Assembly: GCA_010015585.1 (NCBI GenBank)
Contig: ML975152.1
Source of the DNA: Eremomyces bilateralis CBS 781.70
Taxonomy: Eukaryota
Length of the DNA stretch: 64,000 nt
Strand: one strand, 5' to 3'
The notes under the pieces were generated by a model. It saw only the letters and a list, made by a program, of their open reading frames with translations. It searched no databases and had not been told where the DNA came from. The position numbers were made by a program, and so were the translations under genes. Below are positions 37,482 through 50,552 of the stretch, one piece after another; within the stretch, counting starts at the first letter, position 1, and the number at the start of each line of letters is the position of its first letter.

Positions 37482-38721
37482 TTTACAACGGAGTCGATCC
37501 AGCGGGTCAGCTGGAGGAGAATGGAGCCTGCGTATGCGAGGGCTGTATTTGATGGCAGGAGAAAGAGGATCAATTCTCCTGAGTGTGGACTTGATTCCTT
37601 GTAGCAGGCGATGAGTTGCGATGTTTCGTATTTCCTGCAGCCTAGGACACAGCTCGTCCTCGTCGTGGAGGTCGTGTGTCTAACGCGTTCCGAAGGGATT
37701 TATTATCTGTGACAGATCTACACAGACATGTAAACGGAAGACAAAAGAAGAAAACGAACTGGCAAAGAGAAGACTCGCTTCAGCCCTCGATGAATATTTA
37801 CTTTTAGTGATCTGACCCTGATGTTTGGGAACCTGCAGCGATCGCTGTCGTCAAACCACAGAACCAGCTGGATGGATCCGCCCCGCCTTGCAGCCTCAGG
37901 CCCCCCAGCCTCGCGGATCTCCAGTCATTTGGGCAATAAATCAGGGACTCAAATGGTTACTTGCACAAGCTGTAATAGTGCGGATTTATAACTATGACTT
38001 TGTAAGTTTGGTACGGAATAGAAGATCCGTCTTTAATTTGGGTGCGAAAGGGGTTTCCGTCGACCGAACGCTATGCCCAAGTAGTATCTACGCCGAATTC
38101 GTGAATACTCGGATTGTATATTTCCTGTAGGCCAGAGGGCTAGTTTAAACTGTAGAACTTACCGTAAGTATCGAGGCGGTGCGAGCATTGGGAGTACGAG
38201 TCGCCTTTAGCAATTTACTTTATTTAGGTCCCTTTATGGTAGTATTAGCCTTAGGGATGTCAATCAACCTAAGAAAGTGAGGATGCAACTGCTTTCGGAG
38301 GAGGCTGGGACTGGAGATCATACCTTGAATTTCACGCGCTCTCATTGGTCGGGAGCATCTCCAAGCTTCAACCCTTCAACCACCAACGTCCAACGCGACT
38401 CTTCCTCTCTCGCGTCTTGAATCCCATCTCAGCTTCTCTCCTTCACACCATTCCCTCGATATTCTCGTGTAGCAGAGTTCTTAGATGCATGGAGTCATCG
38501 GTCTATTTAAATATCCTGTCGTTACCCCAAACCTTTTCTTTTACCGTGATTCCTCCACCAACGTTGTTTCTATAACAACCACCATCGCGTCCTCCTCGCT
38601 CCGACCACCACTCGGCTGTCACTTCTTCGCAGGACTCCAGCATGTCTTTTCGTCCTTTATGATGCTCATCAGACATCTTCATTCTCGACGTCCGACCCTC
38701 CCAAATCTATAATTGCGCGTC

Positions 38722-41700
38722 ATGTCTTCCCCATCCCTCCCCTCCGATGGGGCTACTCCACGATCCGATCTCACCGCCCACGGTGGAAATGACATGGACT
38801 CTGCTGGACTCGACATTCCACGGCGGTTGATGAAAGGTAATGCATGAAGTTCTGAAGGTGCTGGACCCTCTCTAATTACTTTTCGTCTTTTAGTGAAAGT
38901 TCTTTATACTTTCGACGATCAGAACAAGACCAACTGCCTCGCCCGACTGCCGAACGCCGTGAATGTCCCCGTGGTCGATCTCGATGACTCAACTCAGATT
39001 GGGGTGATTGAACTGAGGACCTGCATCCAAGCAATCATCACAGCAAGGTAAATTCCGTCAGCCCCGCAATCTTCGTAGGGTCCGCTTACCCAGCCTCTAG
39101 TCCGGAACTGATCTCCAAACTCGAACACGATTATACCGTCTATGCGTACGACTTCTCCGAATATGACACTCCTCTGGTCGGACAGGGCCTGTTATCCGCC
39201 GTCCTTACTTCTGGTTCCACTCCAAATGCTCCTCTGAGCGATTCACAACCCATGATCACGGGCCGAGTATGCAGGAATATATTGGGTATATTCTCAGGTG
39301 GTGCTTCCGAGACTCTAGAGGTGAAATTGAGGCTGGTTCCGGTACCATCATCCTCACAAACGGAGTATATGGCGAACATGGAGCGTTATCGCAGCATGAA
39401 TCGACCGATGCCGGATGGATATGAAAATGCTGCTTGGACGAATTATCCCCGCGAATACCAGGACGACGGTCGGCTGACCGGTCACTCGGGGTCGCCACCA
39501 GCCCAACCCCAGATGCAACGCGGCAGCCTTCAGAGATCGTATTCCATGGCCTCGGATTCGCTACACGATATACTAGCCCCGAGGGCCCGGGCGGCAGATT
39601 TCTCCGATGCGGGTATGACTCCTGCGTACAGCATTGAAGGTAGCCGAGTTGGGAGCCCCACTCCAAGTGTCCGGTCCGCGAATGGTCTATCCCAAGGACC
39701 GCAACAATACCCCCAACCGACCAGACCTCCCTCGAGAGCATCCGTCCGTGGTGACATGACAAATCAGCAAATGTCTGACTGGGGCGAAGGAGATATTGAG
39801 GAAGGCCCGGCAAAGAAGCGTGCACGTCTCGAACAGGTGGAATGGCGTGGTAAGACAGCTTTCGGAGCCAAGCAAGATTCTTTGCGGGTTGCGGCGAGTA
39901 CCCAGGCCTCTATTCGCGGTCATCGTCCACTTCCCGGTCATCTTATGGCTCAAGGCCATGATGGTCCAGGGCGAGCTCCAACTCCTCGACCACAAAGGTT
40001 CGCTCAACCAGATCGCCGCCCGTCTCAAGCTGGGATGAGTACACTGCGTCAGGAATCTGCCTACGACTTGGTGGATTATATGTCGCCTGATCCAACAATG
40101 CCCCCAACTGCCCCTCAAGTTGACTCAGGGCTCTACTCTGCGGAGGACGAACAATCAGGCAGTCACTATGCGTCTCCCACTTCGGATATCCCTTCATCGC
40201 CGCCCGAACTTCCTACACGCCGAGACATTATCCAGCCCGCGCTAAATAGCCCTGCACCGGCGACGCAGATTAATCCCAACGACTCCGGGTTCGGAAGTGA
40301 TACTGTCGATATACAAGATCAACGAGTCCGAAACAAGGAGCAGGGAAAGAAAAAGCAGCTAGAGGCAATCCATAAGAGAAATTCCACGACCGACTGGATA
40401 TCTCACTGCTATGGACCCCAGGAACTCCTCCCATCCAAGATGCACTTGACGGAAAATTTTGAGCGGGCCCAGAAGAATTTGACATCCTACCAAGCACGGC
40501 TTCAAAGTGCGGCGGCTGACCTACCACCACCAGCCAGTCAGTCACACAGAACACAAGCTCCAGGAGTCAATCAGTCCGATCTACCCGATGAGAGACCTAT
40601 GAATCCTCTTCCCTCCGAAAACCCGATTCCTAGCACACCTTGTCCTGCAAGCAAGGCCCCAGACCGGCCCATTCTCGCGACCAGTGCCCCCGAATCGAAC
40701 ATAAACGTGCTTCCACCTTTTATGTTAGAGACTAGCACAGTGGAAGTCCGGCGTCCAGGCAAAGGGAACACGAAACCCGCCAAAAAATCATCTAAATCGA
40801 ATTCACAACCACGATCACGCGCAAACTCCAAAGCGCCACTCGCCGCTGAGCAGAATGGAGAGGCACCTGGTTCTACGCCTGCACCGGAGGGGCCTCAAGA
40901 ACCTCCAAAACCTCGGAGTGGCTCCGGTGCTCGTCGTAAGAAGATGATCCAGGACAACCTCGAAAGTGCCATTCGATCGGGTGAGATGCCACGGTTTTGC
41001 ATCAATTGTGGTGACATCAAACCCTCCACATGGCGAAAGGCTTTTACACGCGTCGTAGACGGCGATCCTGCAGACGTGGTGCTCCGCAATGAGGCTGGTG
41101 GCATTCTGTGCACTGAAGTCCTGGAGAGGGACGAAGATGACCGTGTGACCAAATATCGGATCTATAAGAAGTCGCCGGGACCCGAAGACAAGGTCGGCGA
41201 CAACATTGAGGAGGTCACACTTTGCAACTGTGAGTATTGGTTAAATTTTAGTCAATGGGTCATGCTGACTTTGAATTCCAGCTTGTGGTATTTATTTCGT
41301 CTCCAAAGGCGCCATGCGACCCTCATTCCTCTGGGGCAAGCGACAAAAGCCCGGAGAATCAAAGATGAGCCGCCAAAGGAAGAAGAAAATCGAGTATACC
41401 GGCCTTCCTCAACCCTCATCAGACTTCTTCGCTCCGCCTCAATCGGATGCTGGCATGAGTGTCGATGGTACGGGCGAAAACGGCTCTCCTGACGATGCCT
41501 TGAACACAAATGCGGCGCCAGCCGATCAAGCGGAGCGTCAGCCTTCAACATCAAAGGATGATTCAGCAGCTGCGGCTCCGCAGGATGCTCTTCAAGCGAC
41601 TCCAGAAAACGCGAGGCCCGAGGTGCAACAGAACTCTGCGGAAATTGGGGTTGACCCGACACCTAAACCGACTCGTCGGTTGCTCTTCCCTTCGCCGCGA

Positions 41701-42777
41701 AAGGATGGGGAAATGAAGCTGCTTGGTGAAGATCCCGCGTCTTCAAAAGCGTCTCTAGCTGGATCGCCGCCTCACTCCGAGTCCGGGAATGGAAATTCTA
41801 TGGGGCCCTCGCAAACGGATGCACAAGGCGATGGAGCTCAATTCACAAATGAAGACGCATCTGAAACCCCAGCGGACCAGACCAACGAATCTACCGAGGC
41901 AGACAAGGAGAACCATCCGCCTCCAATTTCAGACTATGAGCTCGCGCACCTGTTCGACGACCTTCCCGAAATCGCCTCGCCATCCGCTCCCAAGACCCCA
42001 CGGAAAACCCCTCAATCCAACAAATCGAATTCGACATTCAGCTTCGCATCTCTTCTCAAAACCCCCACCCCTGCCACTCGACGGTCCATCCGAATCGCGG
42101 AGAAGAGCGGCGGGAAAGATCGATCGTCACGCTCGAGACGACAACGCGATGGTGATCAGGACAACGAGTTCAGCGCCACCCCTTCCCGATCCTCGAAGCG
42201 GAGGCGCAGACGTTCCCTCGTTGAAGCCGATGACAACGCGCTGGATGGCAACGATGGTCTCCCACCCACCAACCTCGGCGTGCACATGACGCCCTTTACC
42301 GCGCAACTCAACCAAATGCTGAGCGACGGACTGTTCACCAGTCCTCATCGCACGTTCGGCCTCCTCAGCTCTCCCGGACGCGTATGGGGCGCGGGCCAGA
42401 TGGACGGCGGCATGCAGCTTGACGGGGCCGATTGGACGAGCGACGGGTTCTTCGAGGACGCGGGGCTGATGCAGTTGCAGATCCCCGGCGACGCGGCGGG
42501 GCTCGGGATGGCGGGGTTCGTTGGCCAGGGAAACGGAAAGGGAATCGATCAGGCGGGTGTAATGACAGACGCCACGGTGCCGTCGAGTCCGCCGGCGCTC
42601 AACGAGTCGGCGCTGGGGTTCGAGTTCTACGTCGATCCGGACGCGGATGAGGATTGGAGCGTGCCGAGGGAGATGGGCGGGCTGGGGCTCCAGGATGCGG
42701 TGAAGCCGATGCAGGAGGTGGGTGTAGGAGGAATGCAGGGCAGCGCTGTCGACGTGATGGAGAAGACTGCGGGTTGA
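38722..42777 (+). CDS. Ams2/Spt21-family GATA-like transcription factor, 4 exons
   Basis: N-terminal RLMK|VKVLYTFDDQNKTNCLARLP...S|PELI...DYTVYAYDFSE...GQGLLS. Zinc finger CINC...TWRK...LCN|SCG. Introns at about 38837-38893, 39048-39100 and 41230-41281. Confidence 0.85.
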
Positions 42778-43240
42778 TGGGCGATATGTAGCGAATTCAG
42801 CGATGCGCTGGAACTGGTGTTCAATTGGTTTTTTTGGGTGTATCAATCACGGACGGGGGACTGTGGTTCTCGACGTCAACGGCGATTCACCATTCATGTA
42901 CTGATGCCGATCACGACCATCACCATTCATAGGAGCGAGCGAATTGAAGTTGCGGGATTGCATGAGCATCACTTCATCATCCATGTACCTACATGCTGGG
43001 AAGAAATCAACGCAATAAGGCTAGAAGAAATGGGACGAACAATCAGCCCGGACGCCGAACAATGAAGAAAACATGGACTTCCTCTCCTTCCTAACAATCC
43101 CAACGCCGTTACGCACGAACGACATGACTTCCTTCCCGTGACGCGCCTTTGCTCGTTTGTCGAGCGAAGTGGAATGCAAGCCGTAACACATCAGAGCTCA
43201 TCTACACTCCATCGAACACGTTCTCGACACCCCAGAGTAC

Positions 43241-45439
43241 TCACTTCCTCCCCCCGACAGCGATGCTCCCCATGCTCCCCACCCGCCCACTCACCTTCCT
43301 CACCCCATCCGCACTCTTCCTCGCACTCTGCGGCGCCCGATTGTCCATCTTCGCGTAACCCCCGCTCACCTTCCGCGCCTTCGTCTCTTGCCCGATCGGC
43401 CGGTTCTCGATCCCCACCTCCCCATCCCCCATGCCCAGCTCCTCCAGCAACGCCGCCGCGTTCCCCCCAATGCCGCTCGAATGACTCACCGCCCGCCGCG
43501 CGGCCGCCGCTGCCGATTTGCGCGTTGAGGATGTCGGTGACCGGCTCGCGTGGCGGCGCGCTAGCATGCGGAGTTGGATTTCTTCCTCGGTCTCCCCGGA
43601 AGGGGCGTCGCGGTAGGAGGACATCATGACGACGTCGACGTCGACGTCGTCGGCGCCCTCGGTGTCGGAGACGGCAGGGAGGGCGTGGGGATCATCTTCG
43701 TGGATGTAGTCGACGGTGTGGGGAGAGCTGAGGCGGCTGGAGAGGTTGCGGAGGGGAGAGGAGACGCCGGGACCGTAGCGTTTGGAGGTCTTGCGGGGTT
43801 GGCCGGGGGTGGGGGCAGGGAGGTTCTCAGTAGAGACGCCGCAGGTGGTGGGGTTTGTTGGAGGGACGGTGGTGGTATGCGTGGATCGTTCGATGGTGGA
43901 GGTGGAAGTGGATGTATGGAAGGATCCGGAAGAAACGCGGGAGTCGGGTCGCTCTCCGTTGGAGGTGATCTCGCCAAGGGCTTCTCGTTTGTTGTGAGGG
44001 GGAGTATAGCTCTGACTGGTGCTGACTAGACGTCGTGGGGAGGATTTTGAAGGTGTAGCAGGAGCGGAAAGGGTAGAAATGGCAGCAAGCTTCGGTTTCA
44101 AGACCGTATCTTCGAACCACCATTCGCGGAATGTGCCTTGGTTGAGGTGAAGCCAATGTTGTTGAGGACCGACCACCATACCCGGTCGCATAAACCGCAT
44201 GAATGCAATGATCTCGTTGGCTGTGAAGCCATGTCGATAGATGAGATAGGCTCCAATGAGGCAGCCGGTCCGTCCCAATCCAGCTTTACAGTGAACTGCA
44301 ATTCCGCGTTTCCGCACCGTGATGACCTCATGCGCCAAGTTGATGAATTGACGAACCATCTTAAGTCCCGGGCATGTCCCATCATCGAAGATCATATCGA
44401 GGTGTTGGATGCCAAGCTTGGTGAAGTATGTTGGGCAATAAAGCTCCGAGTTCAAGCGGACGACGAGGCCAATGTTCCGCTCGCTGAAATGCATGAGCAC
44501 GTTCTTGAATGGAAGCGGTATATCTCTCGCTGCAGCCACGCCCGACCTTGTTGATGGGATCTTGGCCCACCGAGGGTCCGACTGGGCGACCGGTGCCACT
44601 GGTGTGCATTGAGGAGATGCAAAGGCAAGAAAATCGGGTGTAACCCAATTGAAATCCCCCATATCGACTCTCTCAAATCGTTCATATCTGTTTATCATCA
44701 ACGGCTTTCCCTTAATGTCGATGCGATCTGCTTACTCTTCCAAGTTAAATTCCCGTAGGCCCACCAAATTTTCCTCTTTTGCTTTCCACACACCATAAAC
44801 AATGTCTTGAACATTCAAAACATAGTCCGCCTGGCTGTATCCAGCATCCCGGAACGGCATGCATGGTGGATCCATTTGTGATATCGGTGCAAGCGCGAGA
44901 TGTGGTGGCCATGACTGGATCATCACCATATAACATGCCAGAATGCACGCAGCATTGGCTCGACCTTAGAAATATCAGCATTAGGTTCCAATGTCTGAGA
45001 TGTTAACTCACTTCTTGAGTCGTCGTTACTCCAGAAAACCACTGGGCGATCAACATTGGCAGGATCTGCCAGAACTTCATGAAGTAAAACTGCGAAGCGA
45101 TAGAGATGACCGACGTGCAATGGACCAAAATCGGCGTGGAATGCATTGTACAGGAGGGTGTTGTCAATGGTGAAGTATGCCGGGACTTTTGGCCTGGTTG
45201 TTGATGCTGCTGTCGGACCATTTTGCGCTCTTGACGATCGCTTCGTCGGTGACTTCGAAGGTTTGGTCGGATATGGGAAGGGAGTATGTTCCGATGGTGG
45301 GTGGGTGTATGAAGCTAGGTAGACTCGATCTAAGAGCGCTGTTAGAATATCACTTTGACTTGTTTGCGACCTGGCGATGATGTTTACCTTGGATATACTC
45401 GATGACCTGTCCGTAACTGACGGACGTGTTTGAAGGCAT
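43241..45439 (-). CDS. cdc14: Cdc14 dual-specificity protein phosphatase, multi-exon
   Basis: YGQVIEYIQ|DRVYLAS, YNAFHADFGPLH, PFRDAGYSQADY, GDFNWVTP, active site HCKAGLGRTG, and RPGMVVGPQQ. Confidence 0.96.
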
Positions 45440-45799
45440 GACTGTGGAATAAGGGCTATCAATGGACAGTAGTCAGCTCCGTCACTCTTTCAGTAGTTGC
45501 AATTGACTACCACTCACTGTTTTCGTCCTCTAGATAAGAATGGTGGTGATGACGACGGGTAAACGCATAGACCGAGGAGAGATGAGAGATGGAGCTGTTC
45601 CGAATATGTCACTGGCGCAGGAATTCCGACTCTTGCGAAGGTCACCTCCAAGCGAAACCGAAAGATACAAACAATAATGTTGAGAATTGGAGAGGATGAG
45701 AGTAAAAGGTGGAGAGGAAGCGCATAAGTACAATTCTCGGCATGTTTTTAGTTTCAGCAACACACACAAGATGTTGGGGGTAAATGGTAGGGGGAGTGC

Positions 45800-45880
45800 C
45801 GTTGCCGGGTAACGGGATTACGGGATAGCATATCACGTGTACGGTCACGTGGTTGTTTCATTCCCCTGAAGATCACGTGC
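45800..45880. promoter_or_regulatory. Cluster of three TCACGTG E-boxes plus CCGGGTAA in the cdc14/Ybp1-like divergent promoter
   Basis: CACGTG at 45834, 45846 and 45874. CCGGGTAA at 45805. Confidence 0.5.
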
Positions 45881-46114
45881 TTATATTTGCGCCACATGTA
45901 ATCTCTCCAGCCACTCCACCCCTCCACCGTCCACTACCTCCTGTTTGATGTCCATACATTCATTCCATCGTCATCGAAAGTCGAAATCGCCTTCAAAGTT
46001 CTTTGGTAGGTAAGTATCCAGTATCAACCATCAGACTGCCAACGTATTTCCTGGGATTAATTTGAGAACGCCCTCGTTTCAGCTCTTCTCACTCGCTCTA
46101 TCTTTCCCATCGAC

Positions 46115-48085
46115 ATGGAACACCACGATCATCCGTTCATCGCGGCTTTGCCGCCTGAGATGGATTACATCACTTATCTGACACTCGTTGAACACAACTT
46201 GACCAAAGACAATCTCCCAATCCTTCACATAGCTCTTCAAGACTCAAAATTAACGGTTAACATTGGTTGGGATCTCGTCGCACTACTGATTCCACTTCTA
46301 CCGGAATCACGAGAATGTCTACAAGATGTTGCCCAGCTCGGGAATCCTCGAGAAGTGGTTTTGAAGGTCACCGAAGCCTTGCGTTTCCTAGACTTTGATC
46401 TTGACATTTCTGAACATGAGGATGATGATCAGCCAAATACTGGCCCATCGAGCGTCGAAGTCCCACCAAGTTCGTCGGCGACACAAGGAATCCAGGAAAC
46501 CGAATCAGAGACTTCCGTTCCACTTCCAATTCTACAGTTCGAAACTCTCTTATCCATGCTTTCTATTCTGCATCCTCGTCTCAAAACCAAGTTCCCTAGC
46601 AGGTTCCTTTCAGGGACGCTGCAAGCCATTTTGGCGGCATATTCAAAAACCACCCCCAGACTAGACGATACCACTGAATCCGTCGTGAAGTTTGTCAAGA
46701 CCTTGACTGGAACCAAAAGACCTCATCTACCCCCAAGACGAAGTACCAGTGGGCTTCTGATGGAGGTTACTGCAGCGGCTCCAGACCCCGAAGCCCAGGA
46801 GGAGTCTGTGGGAGAAAAAGAAATTCAGAACCGTTTGATTCAATCCTTCATGACCCACATCTTGGAAGAATACATGCTAGCTCTTCACTTTGGGGACGTG
46901 GCTGGGATGGCCTGGAGCAGTCGAGTACAGGAGAAACTCCTTCCGGAAACGAAAGTCAAAGGTCGGACCACCATGATCGAGCAATTTGCCACCCAAGAGA
47001 AATATAAAGAAAAGGGTGCTGTTCTCGGTCAATTGGTGGCCATCTGCCAGGATCTTGACATCGACTTACCCGAACTCTGGCGGATAGTAAATAGCACGGA
47101 TCCCGAACCAACTGGCAAACCTGAAGAAGACGATCCTCCAGAGTCGGCTGCAGACATCCCCCTTTCCAAGAACGGCGCCCTGTTCCTTCTTACGGCCAAG
47201 AAAGTGGCGGAGATTTTGTATGATATCCGGAGCCCGTCCATCCCCAAGTTTTCCATCTTCCCGGATCATGCGAAAATTTGCTCCAACTTCATCGGAGTTG
47301 CGGGCAGGAATACTGGCCTCGAGTCGGAGGCGTTGTTGGATACGATCCTCGCGCTTGCGATAATCGCCATCGGAACAGGAAACGTCGGGGAACCGACCTC
47401 GGACGACGAGTTTTTGAACTATCTCCAAGCCACGTCGTTGATATCGGCCAATTCACCAATTCCCCAACTCCGAGGCGTCGCACACTTCGTCACCTCGACG
47501 ATCCTCCGATGTCACCCGCACGATCTATTGCGGTTAACATTCATTCAAGATACCCTCCAGCATTGCCCATACGAGAATCTCAAAGAAACTGCCGTCGGTT
47601 GGCTCAAAGGCGAAACCATCGAGGCCAATCTCGGTCTCGGCATCCTAAACATCAAACCGGGGCCAACAGATACAGAGGATGATAACACCACCTCCATATT
47701 CGCGACTCCCGTCGCCCTTTCGTCAGTCGCCCCCTTCCTCTGGCCGAAAACCGATCCCGCCGTCGACCGAACCCAACCCAAGGAAGCGTGGCTCCGTTTC
47801 CGCATCAACCTGGGCTTCTACCTCGCCGCCCTCAACTTCTGGTACCTTATCGTCACCGCACAACCCTTGCACGAGCCTCTCGGCATCCGTGGACTCCATG
47901 CCACCGTCCAAAACGGCTACCTCGAGCCGTTGGCCGCATTGGTGGCATCGTTCAAGAAAGGATTGGACACCGGTGAATTGTTGGAGATGGATGCCGAGCA
48001 GGCAAAGGCGGAGATCTGTGACTTGTTGATCGTGGAGGATGCGCTTGAGAGGATCAGGACGTCGACTAAGAAAGCTGGATTCTAA
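46115..48085 (+). CDS. YAP-binding/ALF4/glomulin-family protein (Ybp1/Ybp2-like, DUF1760)
   Basis: Single 656-aa ORF with ALPPEMDYITYLTLVE, NIGWDLV, VAQLGNPREVVLKV, RLKTKFPSRFL and CPYENLK. Confidence 0.8.
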   Translation: MEHHDHPFIAALPPEMDYITYLTLVEHNLTKDNLPILHIALQDSKLTVNIGWDLVALLIPLLPESRECLQDVAQLGNPREVVLKVTEALRFLDFDLDISEHEDDDQPNTGPSSVEVPPSSSATQGIQETESETSVPLPILQFETLLSMLSILHPRLKTKFPSRFLSGTLQAILAAYSKTTPRLDDTTESVVKFVKTLTGTKRPHLPPRRSTSGLLMEVTAAAPDPEAQEESVGEKEIQNRLIQSFMTHILEEYMLALHFGDVAGMAWSSRVQEKLLPETKVKGRTTMIEQFATQEKYKEKGAVLGQLVAICQDLDIDLPELWRIVNSTDPEPTGKPEEDDPPESAADIPLSKNGALFLLTAKKVAEILYDIRSPSIPKFSIFPDHAKICSNFIGVAGRNTGLESEALLDTILALAIIAIGTGNVGEPTSDDEFLNYLQATSLISANSPIPQLRGVAHFVTSTILRCHPHDLLRLTFIQDTLQHCPYENLKETAVGWLKGETIEANLGLGILNIKPGPTDTEDDNTTSIFATPVALSSVAPFLWPKTDPAVDRTQPKEAWLRFRINLGFYLAALNFWYLIVTAQPLHEPLGIRGLHATVQNGYLEPLAALVASFKKGLDTGELLEMDAEQAKAEICDLLIVEDALERIRTSTKKAGF

Positions 48086-48398
48086 GACGGGTCGTTCGGC
48101 CTATTGATGGCGCCTCTGCTAAGGCTGATGTGTGGGTCGTTCGTATCGGCAAAATTGCTCGTAGCAGGTGGACAATCGGTTGCCACTTATGAGACATGAA
48201 GGCGAATGCTTCAATCATGACGTAGAGGTCATCAAAATACAAATCCATCTGTTTCCTAGCAGTACGGCGCAAAATTTCTGGGACCCTGATTCCAATCACC
48301 GGGGTGTCCAGGATTGAACCAATCGTTGTTGATAACAATAGAGATATGATGTCTCAAAGGATCTCAGAATAGTAGCCGATGAGAGTCAGCGAGTGATT

Positions 48399-49135
48399 CT
48401 ACCTATCGTCATAACCTTGACGACATACGGGGTCGCCGCTCATAACCATTGTCATCCCACCAACCCTCACTGGACATCGAAGTGCCTGTGGTTGTAAGGA
48501 GCTCATGCACAAAGTCTTCAGGCAAGAGCTGATGATGTTTTGCTTAAGCGGACTTGGTTCTTCATGGTGTCGGCTGGGGAGAATAGGCAGAGTCATTTCC
48601 CATTGTTGAGGAGCAGCGGGAGGTGGAGGTTGTTCATGCGCCGACTGGGGAGAATAGGCAGAGTCCTTTCCCATTGCTGAGGTACGGGAGGGGTAAGCTC
48701 AGCACCATAAGTCCAGGTATCCGTATCTGGCAGGCTATCCTCCAAAGCTCCAAGATTGAAGGTTTTTCGAGCCTCTTTATGGGTCTTCTTCGCCTTGATG
48801 CAACTGGTGACCCCCATCTTCACCAGTTCTTGGAAGACTCGCTCGAACACCTTGCGGCGCCACGCGGGTTCGATAGGCCGCTGTTTGCCATCAGGTGTAT
48901 CGTAGTGGATACCGATGACGGGCTTCATATGGGTGGCGAAATCAACGAAGTTCACGTAAGACTCCTTCAGTCGAACGTAGCGAAGGATTCCTTTGAGGAG
49001 ATCTTCTTCGAGATGCTCGGGACTGGCACAATCCACTAGTACAGTCGTAAGTCCTGAGGTTGATATCAAGAACAGACACTTACCCCTATGCTCAGAAGCG
49101 GCTTTCTCCGGGATGAAGTAACTCTGGGCACTCAT
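48399..49135 (-). CDS. Hypothetical protein with a C-terminal tandem duplication, probably frameshifted
   Basis: 180-aa ORF from ATG 49135. The repeated peptide QQWE(R/M)TLPILPSR is split across two reading frames. Confidence 0.45.
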
Positions 49136-50379
49136 GGCTGAGAATGGAGATAGGTGCAGGAGTGCTTGAGATGATTGTTGAAGTAATTAAATGGAGATGT
49201 GCTGTCTATGGTTCAGTTGATGAGGCAAGAATAGGCTGACGATGCCGAAAAGATCTCCGTATCTTGAATCCAAAAGATCTGAAGGAAGAGCGAGGTGAAG
49301 GTAGGAAGATGTTTACATTGAAAGAAGAGAGAAGTGGTCCTCGAGTCCAATAAATAGTAGGTAACAATGCTCCACTAACACTGTTCGCTGAGGAAGGGTT
49401 GAAAAGGCGCACGTGAATGTCCGCTATTGAGGCCACTTCCAGATATAACACACAGTTTGTTGTTGGGAAGACGCGTCTGACTGGGTCTTACGCATCTTGC
49501 TGGAGTCCTACGCGTCACGTCGGGGCAGTGGACGTCTACCCATTTGCTTGCCCCGAGTAGAACAATGGTGCAGTTCGAAGGTATCGCTTCATAGATAACA
49601 TGTGGTGCCGGCATGGTTTCGCGGAAGGCATTGCTGATCAAGCGAAGCGGGATTCCAGGGGCTGATTGTGGGAAGTATGCCGTGGAAGATCATCGCTAAG
49701 GAGGTTCCTTGCCATGAATGAGATCCGAAGAGGAAGAGATTGATGCTCCAGAAGCATATCCCCAGGAGCCGAAACACCGAATCGTCATCTTCGTTTCGCC
49801 TCACATTTCCTCTTTTGTAGTATACCTTACACTCCTGTTAGTCAAGTCGATAATTATATACGACTCTCCGCTACCTGAGGTTGGAGGACATGATATGTCA
49901 GGGCCCATCAGTCTCTTCTGCCCCAGATAGACCTTGGACAGCTCTCCTTCACGGCACCTTCTTAGTTACAACTTCATCGGCATTCACCACCACGCGAGTC
50001 AGCTATCACTACCCCAGGTAATCCAAACGATACCGCCCCTTTAGGACAGAAGTGAACACATTACGTCTTTCCAAGCTCTTTACGGTTCCATGTTGTGACT
50101 CGCAGGAATAGCGGCCATAAACATGTCGATATGCCAAAGGTTCCAATCCACAGGGCGGAGCGTTTGTTCTGTCGATGATACATCATGTCAGCAGGTCTCA
50201 TACTATTAACTTCTCGAGGACGGAGTGTTGATGGTTTTAATTACAGGGAATTTAACATACTACTATTTTATGACATGAAACGAGGCTTGATCAAGCTCAT
50301 CCAAGACAACCGCAGAGCGGTGCTTCTTGCAATGTCGATACTCCGAATCGAGACCAAACGAGACGGGGACCACTCACTA

Positions 50380-50552
50380 CAGTCAACCACCGCTATAACG
50401 ATTACCGCGACAGCGATATTCGCGTTATAGCGATAAGATTCCCTGCACGGATTCTCAATCAATGCTGCCAAGAAAATTCGTTTTAGCGATATCCGTGTTA
50501 TAACGATTGGATTCGCCTGTACGGATTCAATCGTTATAGCGAAGGTTGACTG
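50380..50552. mobile_element. 173-bp MITE, Tc1/mariner-pogo superfamily
   Basis: 24-bp TIRs: CAGTCAACCACCGCTATAACGATT versus reverse complement CAGTCAACCTTCGCTATAACGATT (2 mismatches). Flanked by TA at 50378-79 and 50553-54. Confidence 0.88.
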
